Assembly: GCA_028826165.1 (NCBI GenBank)
Contig: JAPDFW010000081.1
Coordinates: 744,001 to 808,000, forward strand
DNA: 64,000 nt
Source: Anaeramoeba ignava BMAN
Lineage: Eukaryota > Protista > Anaeramoebae
Reading direction: 5' to 3'
Shown in pieces: positions 51,764 through 64,000 of the stretch (its first letter is position 1; each line of letters starts with the position of its first letter). The position numbers and the translations under genes are program-made. The notes beneath the pieces were generated by a model that was given only the letters and a program-made list of their open reading frames with translations, was not told the DNA's origin and did no database searches.

Positions 51764-54744
51764 TCAATAGTAATCATAAGAGTTGTCGTAACAGAAAAGT
51801 TGGAACAAAGCAACTAAGCAACTTGGGAAAGTGAAAAAGACGATGAATCCGTTGAGAATATAAAGGGGGATCAGGACATAACTCATCAAAGATATCGAGG
51901 AAGATCCTTGAAGATAAATTGACAGCAAAATTTGGAAAACACCAATAGGAATAATAAAGATGAAAAGAACAACCGAAAATATTTGATAGACCCATCCTTC
52001 TTCCATTTGAATTGTGGCACAGCACGTGCAGCAAGGAAGAAGGTATATGACGAACAGAGGCGAAAACACTGAGGCCCAGTTCATTGATGTGTTTCCGTTG
52101 AGTTTCAACGAAAGAAAAATAACAAAGAGATCAAACATAAACCCTGCAAGATAGAAGATGTAAAGAAGACCAATAGACTCTAGATTGGCAACGCAATATC
52201 CGCACATCAATATTGTTCCGACACCGATTATAATATAGAGGGGTATCATTGCTGTCGGCCAATTCACAGTAATCGTGTTATCCGTTTTTAGCGCAAAAAG
52301 CAAAAATTGGATATTAAAAAGCTCTGTCAGTAACGATGCTGCGAGGAAGCTTCTTTTCTCATAGCCGTGTTCAACAAGTCGCGAGAGGAAGAATAGTAGA
52401 ATCCCTGCAACTGCAAGCATGATGAAAACGGGGATGTAGGCAATGGAGTATTTTAATGAGATGACGTTATCACAACGAAGATTTAAAAGAATCAAAAAAA
52501 CAATTAACGAAAAGTGGAACAAGGAAACCACGAGACTGAAGCTGATGAAGTAGTCGTCCTTCTTCTTCTGGTTGCGGATCCGTTCCATGCGTTCTTTTCT
52601 GTATCGTTCCACAAACTCATCCACCTCTTTCTTCTGTTTTATCAGCGCCTGGAACTTCTCAATAAGCGATTCTCGTGGATTTTCTAATAAGTTGATGTAC
52701 TCAATACGCTTCCTCGGAGTCGAAAGTGCCAACGGAACCGTCTCGTTATTCTCGTTGATGCGTGTTGTTTGCGAGTCCGATTCGCCTTTTCTTCTTCGGG
52801 GTCGCACTCTGTTGAAGATGTTTCTTTTGTCACTTGGTTGCTCGATATTTTGAAGTAAATTCGGGGTTGATTGATACATTTCCTGAATACGCGACTCAGA
52901 GATTGTACGCTTCTCCAGGCGGATTGTCCGTGTGCTTCTTAATAAGCTTAAATTTTCTTCTTCTTTTTTTGCCTTTTTAATTTCTTCTGCTTGTTTTTCT
53001 TCAAGTTCTTCAATTTTTTCATCAATGTTGAATTGATATCCAATTACAAATGGATCTTGTACGTCTTCTTTGATTCCAAGTTTGTTCCATGAGAATAGTT
53101 TCTCGTGTCTTACTGCAAGTCGTCGCCATAATTCTCGATCAAATGTGAGATCGTTGAAATCTTTGCATACCATCCCAATTGATAATACATTCCGAACTGA
53201 GAGATATTCAAATATTATTAACCAGACTTTTTTAATCCAATTTTTAAATTATAAATAAAATTATAAATAAAATTATAAATAAAATTATAAATAAAATTAT
53301 AAATTAAATTATAAATAAAATTATAAATTAAATTATAAATTAAATAAATAAATAAAAAATAAAATTATAAATAAAATTATAAATAAAATAAAAAAAAATT
53401 ATAAATAAAATTAAAATAAAATTATAAATAAAATTAAAAATAAAAAAATATATAAATAAAAATATAAAAAATTATAAAAATTATAAATAAAATTATAAAT
53501 AAAATTATAAAAATAAAATTATAAATAAAATTAAATAAATTAAATAAATTATAAATAAAAATTAAATAAAATTAAATTATAAATAAAATATAAATAAATT
53601 ATAAATAAATTATAAATAAAAAAATTATAAATAAATTATAAATATAAATATAAATTATAAATAAAATTATAAATTAAAATTATAAATAAAATTATAAATT
53701 AAATATAAATAAAATTATAAAATAAATTATAAATTAAAATTATAAATAAAAATAAATAAAATTTATAAATTATAAATAAAATTATAAATAAAAAATTATA
53801 AATAAAATTATAAATAAAATTATAAATAAAATATAAATAAAATTATAAATTAAATATAAATTAAATTATAAATTAAATTATAAAATAAAAATTATAAATA
53901 AATTATATAAATAAAAAAAATATAAATAAAAAATAAATAAAAATAAAATTATAAATAAAATATAAATCAAATATAAATAAAATTATAAATATAAATTATA
54001 AAATTATTAAATTTAAAATTATAAATTAAATTATAAATAAAATTAAATAAATTAAAATTATAAATAAAATTATAAAATAAATTATAAATAAAATAAATTA
54101 TAAAATATAAATAAATAAAATTATAAATAAAATATAAATAAAATATAAATAAAAATTATAAATAAAATATAAATAAAATTATAAATAAAATTATAAATAA
54201 AATTATAAATAAAATTATAAATTAAATTATAAATAAAATTATAAATAAAATTATAAATAAAATTATAAATAAAATTATAAATAAAATTATAAATAAAATT
54301 ATAAATAAAAAATAAAAAATAAAATAAAATTATAAATAAAATTATAAATAAAATTATAAATTTATAAATAAAATAAAAATTATAAATTAAATTATAAATA
54401 ATTTTTCAAAAAAAAAGAGTTAAAAACCCACCTTCTTCAGGAAGAACAGTAACAACTAAACTAGACTCATCAAAAGTAATACTAGTTAAATGACCAGAAC
54501 CCTGTCTTGGGTCATAAAAAAGTTTTTCAAAAAAATCATCAGTAATTTGAATGACACCTTTTCCTCTATAAATAATATAATTTTCTAAAGATTCATTATC
54601 AAGAAATTCTGGTTGTTGTTTTTGTTGTTGTTCTTCATCTTTTTTTTGTGAATATTCTACAATGTTTGTTTCATTTGCTGGAACTACATCTGAATCTTCA
54701 CTTATAAAATTCCCAAAATCATCTCCACTTTGTGAAAAAGCCAT
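51764..54744 (-). CDS. F-box + TMEM185/TMEM60-type (Tmemb_185A) multi-pass membrane protein; intron 54431-53227
   Basis: Spliced F-box LPEEVWLIIFEYLSVRNVLSIGMVCKDFNDLTFDRELWRRL; repeated L(R/K)xD/N..W..F/M.P(L/V)(F/Y) hairpin motifs (LRCDNVISLKYSIAYIPVF, LKTDNTITVNWPTAMIPLY, LKLNGNTSMNWASVFSPLF). Confidence 0.85.
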
Positions 54745-55199
54745 ATTAAATTAAGAAAAAAGGAAAAAAAAATTAAAAATGAAAAAATGAATTTTCCTTT
54801 TTCAATTTATTTTGCTTTTTTTTTTGCTTTTTTAAAAAATTTCAAAATAATCAAAATCCACAAAAAAATAATTAAAATTAAAATTAAATCTAAATCTAAT
54901 TTCAATTTTAATTCTAAATTTAAATCTAATTTCAATTTTAATTCTAAATTTAAATCTAATTTCAATTTTAATTCTAAATTTAAATTAATTATAAATTTTT
55001 AATTCAATTATTCAATTCAATTCAATCTTCATTTAATATTCAAATATTTGCTGAAATCAAAATTTAAATAAAATTCAAAAATTTCAATTTTTAAATTAGA
55101 AAAAGGAATTATTAAAAATGAAAAAAATTTTTCAATTCAATATTTTCACTTTTTAAAAATTTCAAAATTCAAAATTCAATATTAAAATTAAAAATTCAA

Positions 55200-57116
55200 T
55201 ATAAATCAAATTCAATTTCAATTTCAAAAATATTCAATTAATTTAATTTAAATTATTCCATATTTCATTTTAAATTCAATAATTCAATATTCATTCAATT
55301 AAAAATATTAAATCATTCAATTCCAATATTTCAAATTCATTCAATATTCAAATTCAAAATTCAATTCAATTTCAAATTAATATTCAATTCAATTCAATAT
55401 TCAAATTAAAATTCAATTCAAAATTATTCAAATTCAATTCATTCAAAATTAAATTCAATTCCAATATTAAAATTATTTCAATAAATTCAATTTCAATATT
55501 TAATATTTCAATATTCAATATTCATTTCATTTAATTTAATATTCAATTCAATATTTAAATTCCAATATTTAATTCGTATTATAAATTCAATATTCAATTT
55601 CATATCCAATATTTCAATATTCAAATTTCCATTCAATTCACCAATCATTCAATATTCATTTCAATATTCAATTCAATTAAATTATAAATTCCAATATTTA
55701 ATTCACCATTATTCATTCAATTTTAATATTCAATTTCAATTTTCCAATTTCACCCATTCAATTTCAAGAACCTATTCATTATTCAATATTCAATTCCAAT
55801 ATTCAATTTCATTATTTATTCATTCCAATATTCGATTTATTCAATTATTTAATTTCCAATATTCAAATTCAAATTTTCAATTCAATCAATTTCCATTTCT
55901 AATTCAATATAATTTATTCAATATTCAATATTCAATATTTATTCAATTCAATACCAATATTCAATATTCAATATTCAATATTCAATTCAAATTCAATATT
56001 CAATATTCAATATTCAATTATTTCAATATTCAATTCAATATTCAAATCAATATCAATATTTTATTCAATTCATTCAATATTTATTCTATTATGATTCATT
56101 AATATTTAATATTCAAATTTCAATATTCAATCAATATTCAATAATTCAATATTCAATATTCAATATTCAAATATTCAATATTCAATATATTCAATTATTC
56201 AATATTCAATAATTCAATATTCAATATTCAATATTCAATATTATTCATTATTCATTATTCAATATTCAATATTCAATATTTCAATAAATTCAATATTGTA
56301 TTTATTCAAATTCATTCATTATTCAATATTCAATATTCAATATTCAATATTCAATATTTAATATTCAATATATTTCAATATTCAATTCAATTCAATATTC
56401 AATATTCAATATTCAATATTCAATTCAATATTCAATTCATATTCATATTCAATTTATTCAATATTCAATATTCAATATTCAATTTCAATTCAATTCAATA
56501 TTCCAATATTCAATTCATTTATTCAATATTCAATATTTATTCAATATTCAATATTCATATTCAATATATTCAATTCAATTCAATATTCCAATATTCAATT
56601 CATTTATTCAATATTCAATATTTATTCAATATTCAATATTCATATTCAATATATTCATATTCAATATTCAATATTATTCCAATATTCAATTCAATATTTC
56701 AATATTCAATTTCAATATTCAATATTCAAATTTCCAATATTCAACCAATATTCAATATTCAATTCAATTATTATTCATTCAATTCAATTCAATATTCAAA
56801 TTTCAATATTCAATATTCAATTCAATATTCAATATTCAATATTTCATATTCAATTCAATATTCAATTCAATATTCAATTCAATTAATATTCAATTCAATA
56901 TTCAATTCAATATTTCAATTCAATTCAAATTCATTCAATATTCAATTATTTATTCAATATTTCAATATCCAATATTTCAATTAATATTCAATATTCAATA
57001 TTCAATTCAATTCAATATTCAATATTTAATTTAATATTCAATTCAATATTTAATATTCAATATTCAATATTCAATTCAATATTCAATTCAATATTCAATA
57101 TTTAATATTCAATTCA
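55200..57116. repeat. Intergenic (AATATTC/AATTC)n satellite, reverse-complement family of the 49.1-50.7 kb array
   Basis: Directly visible. Confidence 0.9.
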
Positions 57117-58015
57117 TTATTAATTAACTTGGGTTTTGCATTGAAAAATATAGCAAAAACAAAAACTAACCTTTATTTTTGATTTTATTTCTTTTTAAAA
57201 AAAAATTAAAAGTGATCAACAAATCAAATCTAAAATAAAATAAAATTTTTCAATTACAATAATAATTTTTAATTTTTAATTTTTAATTTAGTAACAATTT
57301 AAAAAAAAATATAACAAAAAAAATTGATCTTATTCTTTTATTTTTGTTGTTTTTGAATTGAGAAAAAAAAAGAAGAAGAAAAGAAGTGATCTTTTAAATA
57401 AAAAAAAATTAATTATTTAAATTTAAAATCTGAGTAAAAGAAAGATAATAAAAACAATCTTTAAACAAAAATAATTGAATTGAATTATTGAAAATTTATT
57501 AAATTAAAAAGAAAAGCAAATGGATCAATTAATAAAAAAAATTTTTTTTCTGATCCAATTCAATCCAAAATAACTAAATTAGATACTTTAAGTAAATAAA
57601 TTGTTTTCAAATTTATTTAAAAATAATTATTCTGAATTCAAGTTATAAATGAATAAGTGGAAAAACAAAAGAAAAATTAGAAGAAGAAAAAACAAAAAGA
57701 AAGAAAATTTTTTTTTCAAATTTATTTTAAATTAAATTAATAAAAAAAAAAAGAAACAAAAAGAATTAAAGAAGAGAAATAAAGTAATAAAAAGATTTCT
57801 GAAGAAAAAATATCGTTAATTATTAATTAATTTTCTTTTTCAATTATTTAATTTTTTTAAAAGAAAATTTTTTTTTTTTTTTTGAAATAAAAAAGATCGG
57901 ATTTTGAAAATATCATTTCCAGATTTCATTTTTGAATAATATAATTTTTTTCCTATAACTCACTTTCTTAAATCAAAAAAAACAAAAAAAAATTATAATT
58001 AAAAATTCAAATAAA

Positions 58016-61000
58016 ATGGGTTTATGTTGTTCAACAAAAAAGCAAAAAAAAGAACTGACGATCGAAGATTTCGAAATTCTTAAAGTTATCGGACAAGGAC
58101 AAAGCTCGAAAGTATATCTAGTTCAAAATAAAGAGGACGAAGAATATTTTGCGATGAAATCAATTCCGAAAACTTTTATAAAAGATCAAAACCAATTCGA
58201 ACGACTCCAAACAGAAAGAGATGCATTGATAAATCTGAATAGTCCGTTTATAGTTAATTTATGGCATGCATTCCAAACAAATGAATATTTGTGTTTTATT
58301 CTTGATTTTGTAAATGGAGGTGAAATGTATACTTATTTGAATAGTCGTTCGCAGTTTTCCGAGAATAGAATCAAATTATACGCAGCTGAGATTATTTTGG
58401 CTTTGAAAAATATTCATGAGTTAGGTTTAGTTTATCGGTAAGTTTCGTTTTGTTTTTTTCTAATTCGATTTTGAGTGTGATCAAGTCTATATCTAAAAAA
58501 ACCCCTAAATACTTTTTTTCGCTTTTTCAAATTATTTTTTAATTTATTTTTAATTTTAAATTTAAATTAATAATCCTATTTATTCTTTATAAAATAAGTA
58601 TATTTTAACACATATTTATATTTAAAAAAGCTTTTATTTCTATTATATTCTGTTTAAAAAATGATCAAAAAAAAATTTTTTTTTTGGATCCTTTAAAAAG
58701 CAATTTTGAATAACCATTTTAAATTAAATCTAACTTAAAATCCATTACAAAATCAATTATAAAATCAAATATAAAATCCATTATAAAATCAAATATTAAA
58801 TCAAATATAAAATCAAATATAAAATTAAATATAAAATCAAATATTAAATCAAATATAAAATATAATATAAAATCAAATATCAAATCAAATATAAAATCAA
58901 ATATTAAATCAAATATAAAATTAAATAACCATTTAAATATAAAATTAAATATAAAATCAAATATAAAATCAAATATAAAATCAAATATAAAATCAAATAT
59001 TAAATCAAATATTAAATTAAATATTAAATCAAATATTAAATTAAATATAAAATTAATTATAAAATAAAATATAAAATAAAAATATAAAATAAAATATAAA
59101 ATAAAAATATAAAATTAAATATAAAATCAAATATAAAATTAAATATTAAATTAAATATTAAATTAAATATAAAATCAAAATATAAAATCAAATATTAAAT
59201 CAAATATTAAATTAAATATAAAATCAAATATAAAATCAAATATCAAATCAATTATAAAAATCAATTATAAAATTAAATATAAAATTAATTATAAAATCAA
59301 ATATCAAATTAAATATAAAATTAAATATAAAATTAAATAACCATTTTAAATGAAATCAAATATTAAATCAAATATAAAAATCAATTATAAAATTAAATAT
59401 TAAATCAAATATTAAATCAAATATAAAATCAAATATAAAATATAATATAAAATCAATTATTAAATCAAATATAAAATCAAATATTAAATCAAATATAAAA
59501 TCAAATATAAAATTAAATATCAAATCAAATATAAAAATCAAATATAAAATCAAATATTAAATCAAATATTAAATCAAATATAAAATTAAATATAAAAATC
59601 AATTATAAAATTAAATATCAAATTAAATATCAAATCAAATATTAAATTAAATATTAAATCAAATAACCATTTTAAATGAAATCAAATATTAAATATCAAA
59701 TATTAAATCAAATATAAAAATCAAATATAAAATTAAATATAAAATCAATTATAAAATTAAATATCAAATCAATTATAAAATCAATTATTAAATTAAATAT
59801 AAAATTAAATATAAAATCAAATATGAAATCAAATATCAAATCAAAATACAAAATCAATTATAAAATCAATTATAAAATCAAATATGAAATCAAATATAAA
59901 ATTAAATATAAAATCAAATATAAAATCAAATATAAAATCAAATATAAAATTAAATATAAAATCAATTATAAAATCAATTATAAAATCAATTATGAAATCA
60001 AATATTAAATCAAATATAAAATCAAATATCAAATTAAATATCAAATTAAATATAAAATCAAATATAAAAATTAAATATAAAATTAAATATAAAATTAAAT
60101 ATAAAATTAAATATAAAATCAATATAAAATTAAAATATTAAATCAAATATTAAACTCAATTATAAAATCAATTATAAAATCAAATATAATATTATTTATT
60201 AAATTAAATATCAAATCAAATATAAAATCCATTATAAAATCAAATATAAAATCAAATATAAAATTAAATATAAAAATCAAATATAAAATCAAATATAAAA
60301 TTAAATATCAAATCAAATATAAAATTAAATATTAAAAATCAAATATTAAAATTAAATATAAAATTAAATATAAAATCAAATATAAAATCAAATATAAAAT
60401 CAAATATAAAATCAAATATAATATTAAATATAAAATTAAATATTAAATTAAATATAAAATCAAATATAAAATTAAATAACCATTTTAAATGAAATCAAAT
60501 ATTAAATTAAATATTAAATCAAATATAAAATCAAATATAAAATCAAATATAAAATTAAATATTAAATCAATATAAAATTAAATATATTAAATCAAATATT
60601 AAATCAAATATTAAATCAAATATTAAATCAAATATAAAATCAAATATAAAATCAATTATAAAATCAAATATTAAATCAAATATCAAATCAAATATAAAAT
60701 TAAATAACCATTTTATATGAAATCAAATATTAAATTAAATATCAAATCAAATACAAAATCAATTATAAAATCAAATATTAAATCAAATATAAAATCAAAT
60801 ATTAAATCAAATATTAAATCAAATATTAAATCAAATATTAAATTAAATATAAAATTAAATATAAAATTAAATATCAAATTCAAATTATAAAATTAAATAT
60901 AAAATTAAATATAAAATTAAATATAAAATTAAATATAAAATCAATTATAAAATTAAATATTAAATATAAAATTAAATATAAAATATTTTAATAGAGATTT

Positions 61001-61869
61001 AAAACCTGAAAACTTATTAATTGACAAAAATGGTCATATAAGATTAACAGATTTTGGTATTTCTAAATTTATTGCAACTCAAAAAGCAAACTCTTTTTGT
61101 GGTTCTTTAGAATATATAGGTAATAATCTTTTTCTGGAATATCTTTTTTTAAATAAAATTTGATTTTAATTTTTCCTTTTATTTAGCTCCTGAAGTTTGG
61201 CAACACGATTCATACGGAATAGAAGTTGATTTTTGGTGTTTAGGAACTGTTATTTATGAAATGAAATATAAAATGGTAAAAATAAGATTATTTATTTTGT
61301 TCCACTTTTTTTCTTTTCTAAACTTTTTAATTTTTCTTTTTAGCCACCTTTTTATTCAACAAATTTACGAGAAATGCAAAACAAAATACTAAATGGAAAC
61401 CCTAAATTTGATGAAAACTGTTCTGTGGAATTACATGACTTAATTCAAAAAGTATTGATTTTTATTTATATATTTATATATTTATTTTATTTTATTTTAT
61501 TTTATTATTTTATAGCTTCTTACAAAAGATCCCAAACAAAGATTAGGAACTAAATCAATTAGAGAAATTATGGAACATACCTTTTTCTCGGATCTTGATT
61601 GGGAAAAAGTGGAAAAACAAGAAATAATACCTGAATTTATTCCACAAGTTAAAGTAATATATTTTATAAAGAAACTTAACAACAAATTTATTATTGATCC
61701 TTTTGCATTTTAATTTGATTTGTTTTATTATTATTAGGATTCTTCTGATACTTCTTGCATTGATTCCCAATTTTTAAATCAACCAATTTTTGAATTTCAT
61801 ATTCTTCCAGATATTGTAAAAATGGATCAAAATATGTTCGGTGGATTCAGCTTTTCTAAATTTAAATAA
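58016..61869 (+). CDS. AGC-family Ser/Thr kinase (PKB/SGK/S6K-like) with N-terminal acylation motif (6 exons)
   Basis: MGLCCS; [45 protein letters not shown], hydrophobic motif FGGFSF; introns 58438-60994, 61120-61186, 61276-61343, 61452-61515, 61654-61737. Confidence 0.93.
58735..60985. repeat. 2.2-kb intronic 12-bp satellite (AAATATAAAATC and variants) with a recurring TAACCATTT spacer
   Basis: Directly visible; spacer at ~58710, 58927, 59338, 59665, 60477, 60705. Confidence 0.92.
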
Positions 61870-62180
61870 TTTTAATTGAAACAAATTGTTTTGTTTTTTT
61901 TTTTGGATTTTTATGTGAATTTTTTGAAATCAAAAAGAATTGGTTTTGCTTTTCTTTTTTTTTTGATTTTTTTATTGGGAATTTGAAAAGAAAAAAAAAA
62001 TGAAAAGAAAAAAAAAATATCAAAAAAAATTTGAAAAAATTTGCAAATTTTAAATGAAGGATAAAAAAAGTTTTAAAATGCAAAATCAAAAGAAGAACAA
62101 GAACAAGAACAAGAACAAATAATAATAATTATAATTATAAATGTATTTTGATTTTGTATTTTGATTTTTCTTCTTTTTGG

Positions 62181-63454
62181 TTAAATAACTGAAACAGATA
62201 AAATAGAATTTGTAGATTTTAATATTGTAAGATCTTGATCAGAATTAATTTGGATTTTTGGAAGAGAAGATCCTGGAAAATAAATTTCCATTGAGAAATT
62301 TTGTTGAGTTCGAAATCCAAATTTTTGTTGAAATTTCGCATGAAGAAGTTTAAGATTCTATTATTAATTTTTATTTTTAAATAAAATTTCAATTAAAAAA
62401 ATGGTTTTTTTTTTTGGATTCTTACATTAATTTCAGATTCATGAAGAAAAAAAACTTGGGATTGATTCAGAATCTCAAAGTAACAAGGAATAAATTTATC
62501 AATATGATTTGATGTCATATTTAGATGATTTACACTTGAGTTGACTGGGTAATTCATAAATGCATTTGTGTTTAGATTTGTGGGTGTTGCAAAGGATGAA
62601 GTATTTGAATGATAAATTTCATTTGAAATTGAATTTGGAAGTTGTTTTTGTTGAACATTCTGTTGTTGTGAGTTATCAAATGCTGAAAAAGGAAGTTTAG
62701 GAGTTTTATTTGGTTTTAAACATGAATTATTTATCTTCGAATAATTTGAAAGGATTGAAAGAATTGGATCATTTTTTGCTGTTGGATCATTTTTAATTTT
62801 TTGGATTTTTTGATTTTGTTCTTCTTTTTGGATTTTTTGATTTTTTTCTTCTTTTTGGATTTTTTGAATTTGTTCTTCTTTTTGGATTTTTTGAATTTGT
62901 TCTTCTTGTTGGATTTTTTGATCTTGTTCTTCTTTTTGGATTTTTTGATCTTGTTTTAATTTTGCAGATCTTGTAACTCTTGAATATTTTGAGATTCTTA
63001 AATCATTCAAATTTTCAGATTTCAATTCCAAATCTAATTCAGATTTTTTTGTTGTTGATTTTTTTGTTTTATGCTTTTTGTTTGTTGATTTTGTTTTAGG
63101 GATCTTGTTTGTATCTAAAGGATCATCAATTTGGATTTCTTTCCGTTTTTTTTTTTGCTCTTTGATTTTGGAAGGGGTACTTCTAGTTGTTCTTTTATTG
63201 ATTTTTTTTTTAACTTTTTTTTTTGATCTTGATTGACTCAAAAGAAGTTTTTTTTTTTGCTTTTCGATTGTTTTTTTATAGAAGCCTCTTGGTTTTGAAT
63301 TACCACGGATTGTTTGGGGTCTGTGTTTATCATGAGAATAGTAATAACAACCGCAAGCATTGCACAAATCTAAGTAATCTGGAGGTGGACCTCTTCTCCA
63401 CATTGGAGTATTTTGTGTAAAACAATTTGAACAAGTTCGAACTTCGTTATTCAT
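62181..63454 (-). CDS. GATA zinc-finger transcription factor with a 27-bp coding repeat and a possible C-terminal PB1-like domain; intron 62425-62358
   Basis: CSNC-x19-CNAC containing TPMWRRGP; (D/I/N)QKIQKEEQ repeats; a GTAAG..TAG intron extends the frame by 58 aa to TAA at 62181. Confidence 0.85.
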
Positions 63455-64000
63455 TTGATTAGAGAAATTAATTTGAAAAATTTTTTTTCTTTATTTTAAA
63501 AAAAAAATAAAGTAAAGATAGGAAAAAAAACAAGTAATAAAAAAAAATAAAGAAAAAGAGAAAGATAAAGATAATAAAGAAAATAAAAGAGAAAAAAAAG
63601 ATAAAAAGTGTTGAATAATATAATAAAAATAAAAAAAAGTGTATTGGTAACAAAAGTAAAAAAAAAAGGTTGTGAAAAAAAAAACGTGAGAAAAAATTGA
63701 TGGAAAAAATAAATTTTAAAAAAAAAAAAAAAGAAAATTTTTTTGTTCTGTTTTTTTTTTTAATTTAAAAAAAATTTTTTTAAACAACCCATAATAAAAA
63801 AATAATAATAAAAATAAAAGAGATAAAATCATTTAAAATTGATCATCTACAAAACAAATAATTTTATTTTATTTAAAACTTATATTTGAGTAATAAAAAT
63901 AAAAATAAAAACAAAAACAAATAAATAAAAATTTTTAATTTAAAATTTTTAATAAAAGTTTTAATTAAATTTTTTTTTTTTTGGATTTAAAAAATAATTG

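Noticed and set aside
1-64000. rRNA, tRNA or snRNA genes
   Set aside because: No GC-rich structured segment or tRNA A/B-box pattern seen outside exons and the MITE; not excluded without a covariance search

Overview
Very AT-rich, gene-dense eukaryotic (protist) genomic DNA with about 20 protein-coding genes on both strands. Most have GT-AG spliceosomal introns, which I reconstructed by hand; frames join across nearly all junctions. In order: a small hypothetical protein, Kelch protein, SH3-PH-RhoGAP, ABCC/MRP transporter, Rab8-like, Ras-like, a MENTAL-like/tocopherol-cyclase-like fusion, RPS8 with a large insertion, RCC1-BTB, a myristoylated PAS protein, GSK3, anoctamin, ELL, two Cys-rich surface proteins, an AGC pseudokinase, PARG, F-box/TMEM185, an AGC kinase and a GATA factor. 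Long introns are filled with intron-specific 5-13 bp satellites. A 231-bp MITE with perfect 43-bp TIRs and a TA duplication sits in an ABCC intron. The style (RCC1-BTB, N/Q tracts, satellite introns) resembles the anaerobic amoeba Anaeramoeba; this is inference and unverified. Several 1-bp homopolymer frameshifts suggest long-read consensus errors. No rRNA, tRNA or CRISPR was seen. Top leads: (1) a 4-TM MENTAL-like domain fused to a bacterial-type lipid-binding fold, (2) the intronic MITE, (3) satellite-inflated introns with degenerate splice signals, and (4) a T/G to A/C codon-skew flip across AT-rich blocks. All domain calls come from motif recognition by eye, not database searches.
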